DNA of 32,000 nt, from positions 1,410,001-1,442,000 of the forward strand of contig NC_016803.1 of the NCBI RefSeq assembly GCF_000189295.2, in the 5' to 3' direction. Shown in pieces: positions 1 to 7,472 of the stretch. A program made the position numbers and the translations under genes. Within the stretch, counting starts at the first letter, position 1. Each line of letters opens with the position of its first letter. The stretch comes from Pseudodesulfovibrio mercurii (GTDB lineage: Bacteria; Desulfobacterota; Desulfovibrionia; Desulfovibrionales; Desulfovibrionaceae). Under the pieces are notes generated by a model. That model did no database searches. It saw only the letters and a list, made by a program, of their open reading frames with translations, and was not told where the DNA came from.

Positions 1-2
1 CC

Positions 3-1247
3 TACACCTTCCACACCCTCGGGGCGGCCAACGGCACGATCCTGACCGATGCGGGCGGCAGCGGCGTGACCCTGCTCAAGAGCAACAACGAGCAGTACGT
101 GGTCCAGGGCACGGCCGTGGATGGCGACGGCAACGGCGAGGTGCTCATCGACACCATCACCATCACCGCGGGCACGAACGCCTCGTTCGTCCTGTCGGCC
201 ATCGACGTGACCGCCGGTGGCTCGTGGCAGCAGACCGGCACCATCCCCGGCACACAGACCATCGTGCCCGCCTCCGGCAACCTGCTGGAAAACGCTTATA
301 GCTCGGACAACGCGGGCATGACCGCCGCCATCGTGGGCTCGGGCGTGGGCCTCTGGGGCACCCTGACGGTGGACTCCGCCACCGGCGACTGGACCTACAC
401 GCCCCGCAGCGACGCCTTCAGCGCCGACACCGCGACGGACGGCCCCACCGTGGAGCAGTTCACCTACCAGGTGACCGACGCCCACGGCCTGACCGAGACC
501 GCCACCCTGTACGTGCCGGTGCACCACAACGCCACGGTCACCGACACCGCCTCCGAAAACGGCGACGTGATGTACGGCAGCGACGGCGACGACACCCTCT
601 CCGGCCTGGGCGGCAACGACTTCCTGTACGGCGAGGCGGGCGACGACACCATCGACGGCGGCGCGGGTCACGACTACCTGAGCGGCGGCGACGGCATCGA
701 CCACCTGTACGGCGGCGACGGCAACGACTACCTGTTCGGCGGCAGCGGCGACGACGTGCTGCACGGCGGTGCGGGCAACGACCACCTGTTCGGCGGCAGC
801 GGCAACGACACCCTCTGGGGCGGCGCGGGCGACGACGTCATCGACGCCGGTTCCGGCGACGACACCGTCTTCATCAGCTCGGGTCACGACACCGTCACCC
901 TGGGCGCGGGCGCGGACACCATCATGGTGGACCCGAGCTACCTGACCACCGGCGAGACGCCCAGCTCCATGACCGTGACCGACTTCAACATCCACGAGGG
1001 CGACGCCATCGACCTGGGCAGCCTGTCCAGCGGCGTGGTGGACGTGACCTCCTCCGGCGACAGCGGCGACCTGGTCCTGACCATCGGCGGCGTGGACCCG
1101 GCCGGGGAGGACATCACCATCACCCTGCAGGGCGTGCTCCCGCCGACCCACGACGTGGTCGATCACCACGTGGACCTGTCTGCCACCGGCGACGACCTGA
1201 ACACCGTGGTCCAGCACATCATCAATTCCGGTGGACACACGTCCTAG
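3..1247 (+). CDS. C-terminal part of a large RTX-type calcium-binding T1SS substrate (adhesin-like); 5' end lies upstream of the window
   Basis: The frame is open from nt 3 (YTFHTLGAANG...), with no stop before the GTG at 66 used by the ORF track. It has a VCBS/cadherin-like unit (TLTVDSATGDWTYTPRSDAF...EQFTYQVTDAHGLTETATLYVPV). It has about ten tandem GGxGxD-type nonapeptides (GSDGDDTLSGLGGNDFLYGEAGDDTIDGGAGHDYLSGGDGIDHLYGGDGNDYLFGGSGDD..., nt ~576-870). The C-terminus is a T1SS target-type domain (MTVTDFNIHEGDAIDLGSL...ITITLQGV). Stop TAG at 1245-1247. Confidence 0.85.
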   Translation, partial: YTFHTLGAANGTILTDAGGSGVTLLKSNNEQYVVQGTAVDGDGNGEVLIDTITITAGTNASFVLSAIDVTAGGSWQQTGTIPGTQTIVPASGNLLENAYSSDNAGMTAAIVGSGVGLWGTLTVDSATGDWTYTPRSDAFSADTATDGPTVEQFTYQVTDAHGLTETATLYVPVHHNATVTDTASENGDVMYGSDGDDTLSGLGGNDFLYGEAGDDTIDGGAGHDYLSGGDGIDHLYGGDGNDYLFGGSGDDVLHGGAGNDHLFGGSGNDTLWGGAGDDVIDAGSGDDTVFISSGHDTVTLGAGADTIMVDPSYLTTGETPSSMTVTDFNIHEGDAIDLGSLSSGVVDVTSSGDSGDLVLTIGGVDPAGEDITITLQGVLPPTHDVVDHHVDLSATGDDLNTVVQHIINSGGHTS

Positions 1248-1260
1248 ACGAACGACAACC

Positions 1261-1286
1261 CCGACCCGGCCCCGAGGCCGGGTCGG
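1261..1286 (+). terminator. GC-rich hairpin between the RTX gene and the next ORF (weak terminator or attenuator)
   Basis: ccgacccggcc / ccga / ggccgggtcgg forms an 11-bp perfect stem. It is followed by gattcccttt, which is only a weak T tract. Confidence 0.3.
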
Positions 1287-1331
1287 GATTCCCTTTGCAC
1301 AGGCGATTCTCTCCTGAACGGAGATGCGGAT

Positions 1332-2147
1332 ATGAGCGACGACATGAATACGAACGAAACCACCATGCTCGGCACCTACGCCCTGGACGGCAACGTTCCG
1401 GTGGACCCGGAGATCGTTCTGGCCAACTGCCGCGACACGGCCATGCTCGGCCGGCTGGTGGACATGTTCGCGGGCGACCCGGACATCCGGTTCTTCCTGC
1501 TCCCGGACGTGGACCGAGCAGCGGTGGACCTCGCGGGTCCCTTCCATTTCATCCGGGACGCCGGGGACTGGGTGCTGGCCAACAGCGACACCCTGCACCA
1601 CGTCCTGTTCGACGACGCGGGTTTCCATCCCGGCGGGCACGAGGGGACCTTCGCCCTCATCAGGCTGGACGACGGCTCCTATGCCCTGGACACCGGTTCC
1701 CACGCGGACGCGGGCGCGGACCTGCCGCACGACGCCCTGCTCGTGGACATGCCGGGGCACGACATCTTCGTGGACGGGCACACCGCCCACCTGGCCGGGC
1801 ACCCGGACGGCCATACGGCGCACGCGGACGCGGACGACGGCCTGTTCATCGCCCCCTCGGTCCTGGGCGACGGCCAGAGCGAGATCGTGGTCACCAACTT
1901 CACCGTGGGCAGCGACCACCTGCACCTGTCCGAGAACCTGTCCGTCAAGGACGTGGTCGTGGACAACGAGCACGACCTGACCTCGGTGATCCTCGGCCAG
2001 AACGACCATGCGGGCGACGACATCGTGGTCAAGCTGCTGGGCGTCTCCCACCCGGACATCCCCGTGCACGACTTCCCCATCGACGCGGACCACTCCACCG
2101 ACGACCTGATCAACCACCTGATCCACTCCGGCAGACACGTGGGCTAG
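1332..2147 (+). CDS. Acidic His/Asp-rich 271-aa protein with a T1SS C-terminal target domain but no RTX nonapeptides (putative second T1SS substrate)
   Basis: ATG at 1332 is preceded by GGAG (acGGAGatgcggatATG). The C-terminal ~90 aa (IVVTNFTVGSDHLHLSENLS...DDIVVKLLGVSHPD...STDDLINHLIHSGRHVG) aligns with the C-terminus of the upstream RTX protein (MTVTDFNIHEGDAIDLGSLS...EDITITLQGVLPPT...TGDDLNTVVQHIINSGGHTS). The overlapping 1295..2308 frame is Arg/Pro/Gly-rich, a typical GC-rich off-frame artefact. Confidence 0.7.
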   Translation: MSDDMNTNETTMLGTYALDGNVPVDPEIVLANCRDTAMLGRLVDMFAGDPDIRFFLLPDVDRAAVDLAGPFHFIRDAGDWVLANSDTLHHVLFDDAGFHPGGHEGTFALIRLDDGSYALDTGSHADAGADLPHDALLVDMPGHDIFVDGHTAHLAGHPDGHTAHADADDGLFIAPSVLGDGQSEIVVTNFTVGSDHLHLSENLSVKDVVVDNEHDLTSVILGQNDHAGDDIVVKLLGVSHPDIPVHDFPIDADHSTDDLINHLIHSGRHVG

Positions 2148-2375
2148 CCCCGGCCGGAAGCGGGACATCCCTCGCACCATCGCGGCATCGCCCCGACAAA
2201 CGCGCAACAGAAGGACCGATACGTCCCCGGCGCAAGGCCCTGCCGGACAAACAGGAACACGCCGCTCAACCCCATGCCCCGGAACGGCGCATCCCCTCGG
2301 ATTCATGAGGAATCAAACAAAATGAACGGACCGGCCCGAAGTTTCCGATTTATAATTGGAGACGACCGTCATTTC

Positions 2376-2404
2376 TTGACCCAAAGTCCATAACCGGCTA
2401 TAAG
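2376..2404 (+). promoter_or_regulatory. Sigma-70-type promoter candidate for tolC
   Basis: TTGACC (2376-2381), a 17-nt spacer (caaagtccataaccggc), then TATAAG (2399-2404). It sits in a locally AT-rich stretch about 45 nt upstream of the tolC ATG. Confidence 0.5.
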
Positions 2405-2448
2405 TTTAGCGGTAAGTTTCTTACACAACCCGGAAATGGGATCTGACG

Positions 2449-3789
2449 ATGAAAAAACTTGTTCTTGCAATTCTTCTCTTTTCGTTGGCGCTGTCCGTGC
2501 CCGCCTTTGCCGATAACGGCACAATGACGCTCAAGGACAGCGTCGTCGCGGCGGTCAAGCAGCACCCGCAGATCAAGGCGCTCCTGAACAACAAGGACGC
2601 CGTCGCCAAGGCCCAGCTGTCCGCTCTGGGCCGCTTCTTCCCGTCCCTAGACCTGACCGGCGAGTACGGCAAGCAGCAGTACAGCAACTCGACCACGCGC
2701 AACAACGGAACGGACAAGCGCTGGCGCACTCCCTCCGAGTTCAAGGCCACGCTGACCCAGCCCATCTTCGACGGCTTCGACCGCTGGCACGACTACAAGC
2801 GTGAAGGCGCCCGTCTGACCTCGGCCGAAGGCCGCCTGGTGGACAACGTCGAGACCGTGGGCCTGGATGCGGTCCGCGCCCACGTGGACGTGGTCCGCCT
2901 GCGCAAGCTGGTCTCCCTGGCCGAAGACAACATCGCCGCCCACCAGCACCTGCTGGATTCCATTTCCGAACGCGTCGAAGGCGGAGCGGGCAACCGCGCC
3001 GACGAGATGCAGGCCAAGGGCCGCGTGGCCCGGGCCGAGACCACCCTGGTGACCTACACCGGCGAGCTGCGCGCCGCCGAGGCCGAATACATCCGCACCG
3101 TGGGCACGGCCCCGGTCTCCCTGGCCGATCCCCAGTACCTGCCCGACTACATTCCCGGCAAGGCCGACAACATCCTGGAACTCGCCCTGGACAACAACCC
3201 CAAGATCGCCGTGTACAAGGCCGAGATCACCGTGGCCGAACAGACCAAGGGCCAGCTCGAATCGACCATGTACCCGACCGTGGACGCCTACCTGTCCAGC
3301 CGCCACACCGACAATCTCGATGGCGTGGACTACTGGATTCAGGACAACAAGGCCATGCTGCGCGCCCGCTGGAACATCTTCAACGGCACCAGCGACTACT
3401 ACGACATCCAGACCGCCGCGGCTCGCATCCGCGAGGCGCAGGACAACCTGCAGGACACCACCGACGACATCATCCGCCAGGTGGCCGCCACCTGGGCCGA
3501 CTACCAGTCCAGCCTGAACCAGATCGAGAAGTACCAGGAAGCCCTGCAATACAGCATCGAATCCCTGGACATGTACCTGATGCAGTTCAACGTGGGCCAG
3601 CGCTCCCTGCTGGACCTTCTGGACGCCACCAACGAGGTCTTCTCCAACCGCGTGCAGCTCGAGACCGCGACCATGAACCGCGACTTCACGGTCTACAAGT
3701 TCCTGGCCCTCGAAGGCTCTCTCATGAAGACCCTCGAGATCGCCCCCTCCACCTACGAGCAGATGCCCACCGAGACCGCCGCCAAGTAA
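2449..3789 (+). CDS. tolC: TolC-family outer membrane channel of the type I secretion system
   Basis: Signal peptide MKKLVLAILLFSLALSVPAFA. The 446-aa length and two-repeat coiled/beta architecture are typical of TolC (…FFPSLDLTGEYGKQQ…, …LLDLLDATNEVFSNRVQLETA…). It lies adjacent to T1SS substrates and converges on the ABC/MFP genes. Confidence 0.9.
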   Translation: MKKLVLAILLFSLALSVPAFADNGTMTLKDSVVAAVKQHPQIKALLNNKDAVAKAQLSALGRFFPSLDLTGEYGKQQYSNSTTRNNGTDKRWRTPSEFKATLTQPIFDGFDRWHDYKREGARLTSAEGRLVDNVETVGLDAVRAHVDVVRLRKLVSLAEDNIAAHQHLLDSISERVEGGAGNRADEMQAKGRVARAETTLVTYTGELRAAEAEYIRTVGTAPVSLADPQYLPDYIPGKADNILELALDNNPKIAVYKAEITVAEQTKGQLESTMYPTVDAYLSSRHTDNLDGVDYWIQDNKAMLRARWNIFNGTSDYYDIQTAAARIREAQDNLQDTTDDIIRQVAATWADYQSSLNQIEKYQEALQYSIESLDMYLMQFNVGQRSLLDLLDATNEVFSNRVQLETATMNRDFTVYKFLALEGSLMKTLEIAPSTYEQMPTETAAK

Positions 3790-3813
3790 ACGGCGCACAC
3801 AATCGACTTCCCA

Positions 3814-3848
3814 GGGACGCGGCCACAAGGCCGCGTCCCTCTTTTTTT
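3814..3848 (+). terminator. Rho-independent terminator of tolC
   Basis: GGGACGCGGCC / ACAA / GGCCGCGTCCC forms an 11-bp perfect stem (3814-3839) followed by TCTTTTTTT. Confidence 0.8.
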
Positions 3849-3874
3849 CCCCATTAAGGCGCATGAACAGCAGC

Positions 3875-3995
3875 GGCTCGGTAGAGCGGGCCATCTGCAC
3901 ATTTTTCGGGGACCCGTCTGATCCTCACGTAGGAAGACTACGCTGCGGTCAGCCGGGCCCCCGAAAAATGCACAGCTGACCCACTCTACCGAGCC
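3875..3995 (+). repeat. Hairpin-forming repeat unit 1 (37-nt inverted arms at 3875-3911 and 3959-3995)
   Basis: Arm 3875-3911 is ggctcggtagagcgggccatctgcacatttttcgggg. The reverse complement of 3959-3995 is ggctcggtagagtgggtcagctgtgcatttttcgggg. They are identical at 32 of 37 positions, and four of the five differences are transitions. Confidence 0.75.
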
Positions 3996-4055
3996 TATCC
4001 TTAGCGCGGAGAGCCGCTGTTCGGGGCTGCGCCCCGAAGGCGCTCCAAAGAAGGG

Positions 4056-4108
4056 AAAAAAGCAAGGGCCTCGTCCGACACAACGTCGGACGAGGCCCTT
4101 GCTTTATT
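4056..4108. terminator. Bidirectional terminator-like hairpin in the convergent spacer
   Basis: A 19-bp perfect stem, agcaagggcctcgtccgac (4061-4079) / acaac / gtcggacgaggcccttgct (4085-4103). It is preceded by an A run (4056-4060, continuing into the first stem base) and followed by ttatt. On the minus strand the stem is followed by TTTTT, which suits termination of the minus-strand T1SS operon. Confidence 0.6.
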
Positions 4109-4271
4109 AGGACGCACCACAAAAACCTAGCAGCGCCTCGGGTGCGCAGCACCCGACAGCGGCTCTCTCCCCCGCGCTCGCACTAGGCTTTGATTCGCCC
4201 CGTCCTGGGGCTCACCCCTTCGGGGCGTTGCGGAAAGACCGCAACGTCCAAATCCGCTGTCCTGCGGATTT

Positions 4272-4436
4272 GTCGAGAGTGGGTCAGCTGTGCATTTTCT
4301 TCCGGCCGGGGCAACCGCAGCGTGCATCAGCTCTTAGGCCGAGCTTGCTCGGTCTTAGAGATGACGACAGCAGCGATAGCCGTCTACGTGAGGATTGGCG
4401 CGGCCGGAAAAATTGTGCAGATGGCCCGCTATCGGA
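4272..4436 (-). repeat. Repeat unit 2: inverted copy of unit 1 with an enlarged loop (arms 4272-4311 and 4402-4436)
   Basis: 4277-4298 (gagtgggtcagctgtgcatttt) is identical to the reverse complement of 3965-3986. The reverse complement of 4414-4430 (agcgggccatctgcaca) is identical to 3885-3901. The loop segment 4384-4395 is the exact reverse complement of 3921-3932 (atcctcacgtag). Confidence 0.75.
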
Positions 4437-4519
4437 AGCCGCTTACCGTCCCCAAAAACAAGCCCCGGCGTGGACGCCGGGGCTTTGCAACAACCAGATG
4501 GATGGAGAGAGGGTGTCAC

Positions 4520-6622
4520 TTAATCCTTATCACCCAATAATCTTTCTCCTGTCGGAGTATTGATGACATCAGAAAGGGCTTCTACCACGGCGGGATCGAA
4601 GCGACCGGTCTCGCCGGACAGGATTTCCAGGGCCTGCTCCGGCCGCTGGGCGCTGCGGTAGGAGCGCGGCCGGATCATGGCGCAGAACACGTTCAGGACC
4701 GAGAGGATGCGGGCCAGGAGGATGATGTCGCCGCCCTTGAGCTTCTTGGGATAGCCCGAGCCGTCCAGGCGCTCGTTCATCTGGTAGATGGCGGTCAGCA
4801 CGCCCTCGGCGATGTCGATGTCCTTGAGGATGCGGTAGGCGTATTCCACGTGCCCTTCCATGACGGCCATCTCCTCGGGGGTGAGCTTGCCCGGCTTGGT
4901 CAGGATCTCGTTGGGCACGAACATCTTGCCGATCTGGGACAGGTTGGCGGCGGTCTCGATCTCGGCGATGTCCATTTCGGACAGGTGCATGACCTTGGCC
5001 ACCTCCACGGACAGCCCGGCCAGGAGCTTGGTATGGCCGCCCAGGTACGGGTCGGCGGCCTCGATGGTCGAGCCGAGGGCCTCCATGGCGTTCTTGATCA
5101 GCCGCTTGTTCTTCTCCTGGGCGGCCACGAACTCGGTCACGTCGCGATAGACCTCGACGATGCCCTGACAGACGCCGTCCGTGCCGCAGTACGGGGACTT
5201 GGAAACCTGGAACTGGTGGCGGCGGGAGCGGATGTAGATGGGCTCGCTGATGGTCATCTTGCGGTTCTCGCGGACCACCACCTCGTCGATGGACTCCAGC
5301 CGCTTGGCCGTGTCGAAACCGAACACGGCGGCGGTGTCCATGCCGAGGAGTTCCTCCCTGGGCCGTCCTGCGGCCTCGGCAAAGGCGTCGTTGACGTAGG
5401 TGAACTTGCCGAGCGGGTCCTTGAGCACGATGAATTCGTCGATGTTGGCGTTGATGGAGTCGATGAACAGCTTCTGCTCCTCGATCCGCGTGGCCAGGGC
5501 GCGGAACTGCTCGGCGATGCGCTGGCTCTGCACCCCGGTCAGAATCCACCAGGCCAGCCCGGCGATGAGCAGGGCTGTCAGGATGCCCAGCCCGGCCACG
5601 GTGTAGACCGTGCGCCGGAACTCGACCACGGGCCGCATGGCTTGGTCGTAGTCGATCTCCTGGACCAGCCACCAGGCCGGGCCCGGAATGCGCACGCCCA
5701 GGGAATAGACCCGGGCGTCGCCGTCCTCGATGCTCGGACGCAGGCCGAAGGGGATGTGCCCGTTCTCGCCGATCTCGATGGGGAAGGGCACGTCCAGGAA
5801 GCCGTCGGCGGTCCAGGGCGCGACCTCACGGTAGCCCGCCCCGCTCTTCTGCATGAGCCGGGTCTTCTCGCCCTTGGCGGCCAGGGGCGAGTTGGACAGC
5901 AGTTCGGTGATCTTGCCGGAAATCTGGCGGGTCATCATGAGCACGCCAACGGCCTTCTGGCCGGGGGTCTCGTCGGTGCCGCCCACGGCGTCGGGCGGGA
6001 AGACGGGCACGAAGATGTCCATCTCCAGCCCCTGGGCGGTCTTGCGCAGGGTGGAATACTGCGGCCCGTTGTCCCGGATGGCGGCCATGGCCAGGCCGGT
6101 CTGCTCCTGATTCATGGGCGGCAGGTACCCGTCCGTGGCGATGTAGGCCTCGCCCTTGCGGCTGAGGATGCGGGCGTTGAGGAAACCCGCGTAGGTGGAG
6201 AACTCGCGGAGCATGTTCTCCATCATGGGCAGCTGTTCGGCCAAGGTCGTCCCCTCCTCGCCTCCGGCCGCGCCGTCGGCATGCAGCCGCCCGAAGAGGT
6301 TGGACAGGTCGCCGGCAAAGGAGTCCACCTCCGAGGCGTAAAGCCGGAAGAGGTCGGACTTGATCAGCCGGTCGCCCTGGTGGGACAGGTTCTCGAGCCA
6401 GGAGCCGATGACCTCGGTGCGCCCCTGGGTCAGGAGCTGGAACCGCTTCTGCTGGTTCTCCAGCACCGCGGCCTCCTTGTCCCGCACCGTCCTGGCGGCG
6501 AGCAGGACAATGCCCGCCGAGATGACCAGCACGAAGGCCAGGACCACGCCGATCTTGACGCCCTGCCCGGCCCCGCCGATTGACTTGGGGACCGCTGCGG
6601 TCTTGGTAAGATGTTCAGCCAT
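4520..6622 (-). CDS. Membrane receptor: TM, ~300-aa periplasmic domain, TM, PAS-like domain, then a degenerate HD-GYP domain (LapD-analogue candidate)
   Basis: ATG at 6622 is preceded by GGAGA (ccagatGGAGAagcgacATG). TM1 is GVKIGVVLAFVLVISAGIVLLAA and TM2 is VYTVAGLGILTALLIAGLAWWILTGV. A PAS-like segment follows (IDEFIVLKDPLGKFTYVNDAFAEAAGRPREELLGMD). The C-terminal HD-GYP family domain keeps ERLDGSGYP, but HDxGK reads SQIGK and HHE reads QMNE. Confidence 0.85.
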   Translation of the reverse strand: MAEHLTKTAAVPKSIGGAGQGVKIGVVLAFVLVISAGIVLLAARTVRDKEAAVLENQQKRFQLLTQGRTEVIGSWLENLSHQGDRLIKSDLFRLYASEVDSFAGDLSNLFGRLHADGAAGGEEGTTLAEQLPMMENMLREFSTYAGFLNARILSRKGEAYIATDGYLPPMNQEQTGLAMAAIRDNGPQYSTLRKTAQGLEMDIFVPVFPPDAVGGTDETPGQKAVGVLMMTRQISGKITELLSNSPLAAKGEKTRLMQKSGAGYREVAPWTADGFLDVPFPIEIGENGHIPFGLRPSIEDGDARVYSLGVRIPGPAWWLVQEIDYDQAMRPVVEFRRTVYTVAGLGILTALLIAGLAWWILTGVQSQRIAEQFRALATRIEEQKLFIDSINANIDEFIVLKDPLGKFTYVNDAFAEAAGRPREELLGMDTAAVFGFDTAKRLESIDEVVVRENRKMTISEPIYIRSRRHQFQVSKSPYCGTDGVCQGIVEVYRDVTEFVAAQEKNKRLIKNAMEALGSTIEAADPYLGGHTKLLAGLSVEVAKVMHLSEMDIAEIETAANLSQIGKMFVPNEILTKPGKLTPEEMAVMEGHVEYAYRILKDIDIAEGVLTAIYQMNERLDGSGYPKKLKGGDIILLARILSVLNVFCAMIRPRSYRSAQRPEQALEILSGETGRFDPAVVEALSDVINTPTGERLLGDKD

Positions 6623-6667
6623 GTCGCTTCTCCATCTGGTTTGTGGCCACGCCCTTGACGGCGGGCC

Positions 6668-7465
6668 TTATTGCTTCGCCTTTTCGTAGGTGGTCCGCTT
6701 CTGCGGGGCCACGTGCATCCAGCGGTACTTCTCGTTGATCGAGTACTGCGGGATGTAATGCTTGTACTTCGTATGGGACAGGACCATGTCGGTCTGATTG
6801 TCGAGAATGTAGATGTCGTCCGTGGCGTAAACCGCCAGCACGGCGTGGCCGATGCCCCGGATGGCGTCCTTGACGGCCACGATGCGCAGCTGGTCGTCGG
6901 TGAAGCCAAGTTCCTGAAGGGCGTAGAACTTGGCGATGGAATAGTCCTCGCAGTCCCCCGACTTCTTGAGAAATTCCCAGGGCGTCTCCCAGTAGTCGCT
7001 GACGCCCCAATTGGCCATGTCCAAACGGTACGGCCACTTGTTGAAGAACCTGGTCACGGCCCGGAGGCGGTCCATCTCGGACTTGTCGCCGACCTGTGCC
7101 TTGAGGGTGTTCCAGGCCTTCTTGGAGGGATGGTCGTTGGTCCGGTCGTCCTTGAAGTACCCCTTCCAGGCCTTCATCTTGTCGAGCACGCGCGTCCACT
7201 TGGGCAGTTTCTGGATCTTGCCCTTGAACTCCAGGGTCCCGAACAGCTGGCGCTTGTCGGACTTACCCGTCGTGTGATTGGCCGGCGCGGGTTGGACCGC
7301 CGAGGGCACGGCGGTCGCGGGCCGGACCGCTTCGGGCCGGGCCGTGGCCGGGTCCGGCGTCGCCTGGGCCGCAACGGCTCTCGGGGACAGGACCAGGACC
7401 ACGGCCAGACAGGCCGCGCAGAGCGCAACCATTGCCGCCGAGTATGTCCCCCGCATCGGCCTCAT
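6668..7465 (-). CDS. lapG: Periplasmic transglutaminase-like cysteine protease (BTLCP / LapG family)
   Basis: It has a signal peptide (MRPMRGTYSAAMVALCAACLAVVLVLSPRAVAA) and a Pro/Ala-rich linker. The Cys-His-Asp core is typical of the family (SGDCEDYSIAKFYAL...IGHAVLAVYATDDIYILDNQ). GAGG lies 5 nt upstream of the ATG. The gene sits between the MFP gene and the receptor gene. Confidence 0.85.
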   Translation of the reverse strand: MRPMRGTYSAAMVALCAACLAVVLVLSPRAVAAQATPDPATARPEAVRPATAVPSAVQPAPANHTTGKSDKRQLFGTLEFKGKIQKLPKWTRVLDKMKAWKGYFKDDRTNDHPSKKAWNTLKAQVGDKSEMDRLRAVTRFFNKWPYRLDMANWGVSDYWETPWEFLKKSGDCEDYSIAKFYALQELGFTDDQLRIVAVKDAIRGIGHAVLAVYATDDIYILDNQTDMVLSHTKYKHYIPQYSINEKYRWMHVAPQKRTTYEKAKQ

Positions 7466-7472
7466 CCACGCC

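Noticed and set aside
1503-1535. Possible LapG-type di-alanine cleavage motif (DRAAVD) in the small T1SS substrate
   Set aside because: The consensus context as I recall it is T/P/A-A-A-G/V, located after a folded N-terminal retention module. Here the preceding residue is Arg, and the N-terminal ~60 aa show no resemblance to LapA-type retention modules. An AA dipeptide is too common to be meaningful.
1295-2308. 337-aa ORF overlapping the 1332..2147 gene in another frame
   Set aside because: Its Arg/Pro/Gly-dominated sequence is typical of an off-frame translation of GC-rich coding DNA. The 1332 frame has a homologous C-terminal domain shared with the neighbouring RTX protein.
3871-4440. Possibility that the repeats are a CRISPR array
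   Set aside because: The copies alternate in orientation, are imperfect and are irregularly spaced (47-nt, 276-nt and 90-nt gaps). No cas genes are nearby. This is not CRISPR-like.
3949-4563. Four 66-116-aa ORFs in the tolC/receptor spacer (3949..4152 -, 4127..4327 -, 4190..4540 +, 4228..4563 +)
   Set aside because: They are Arg/Cys/Gly-rich and have no RBS. They overlap each other and run straight through the inverted repeats and hairpins. The region is better explained as structured non-coding DNA.
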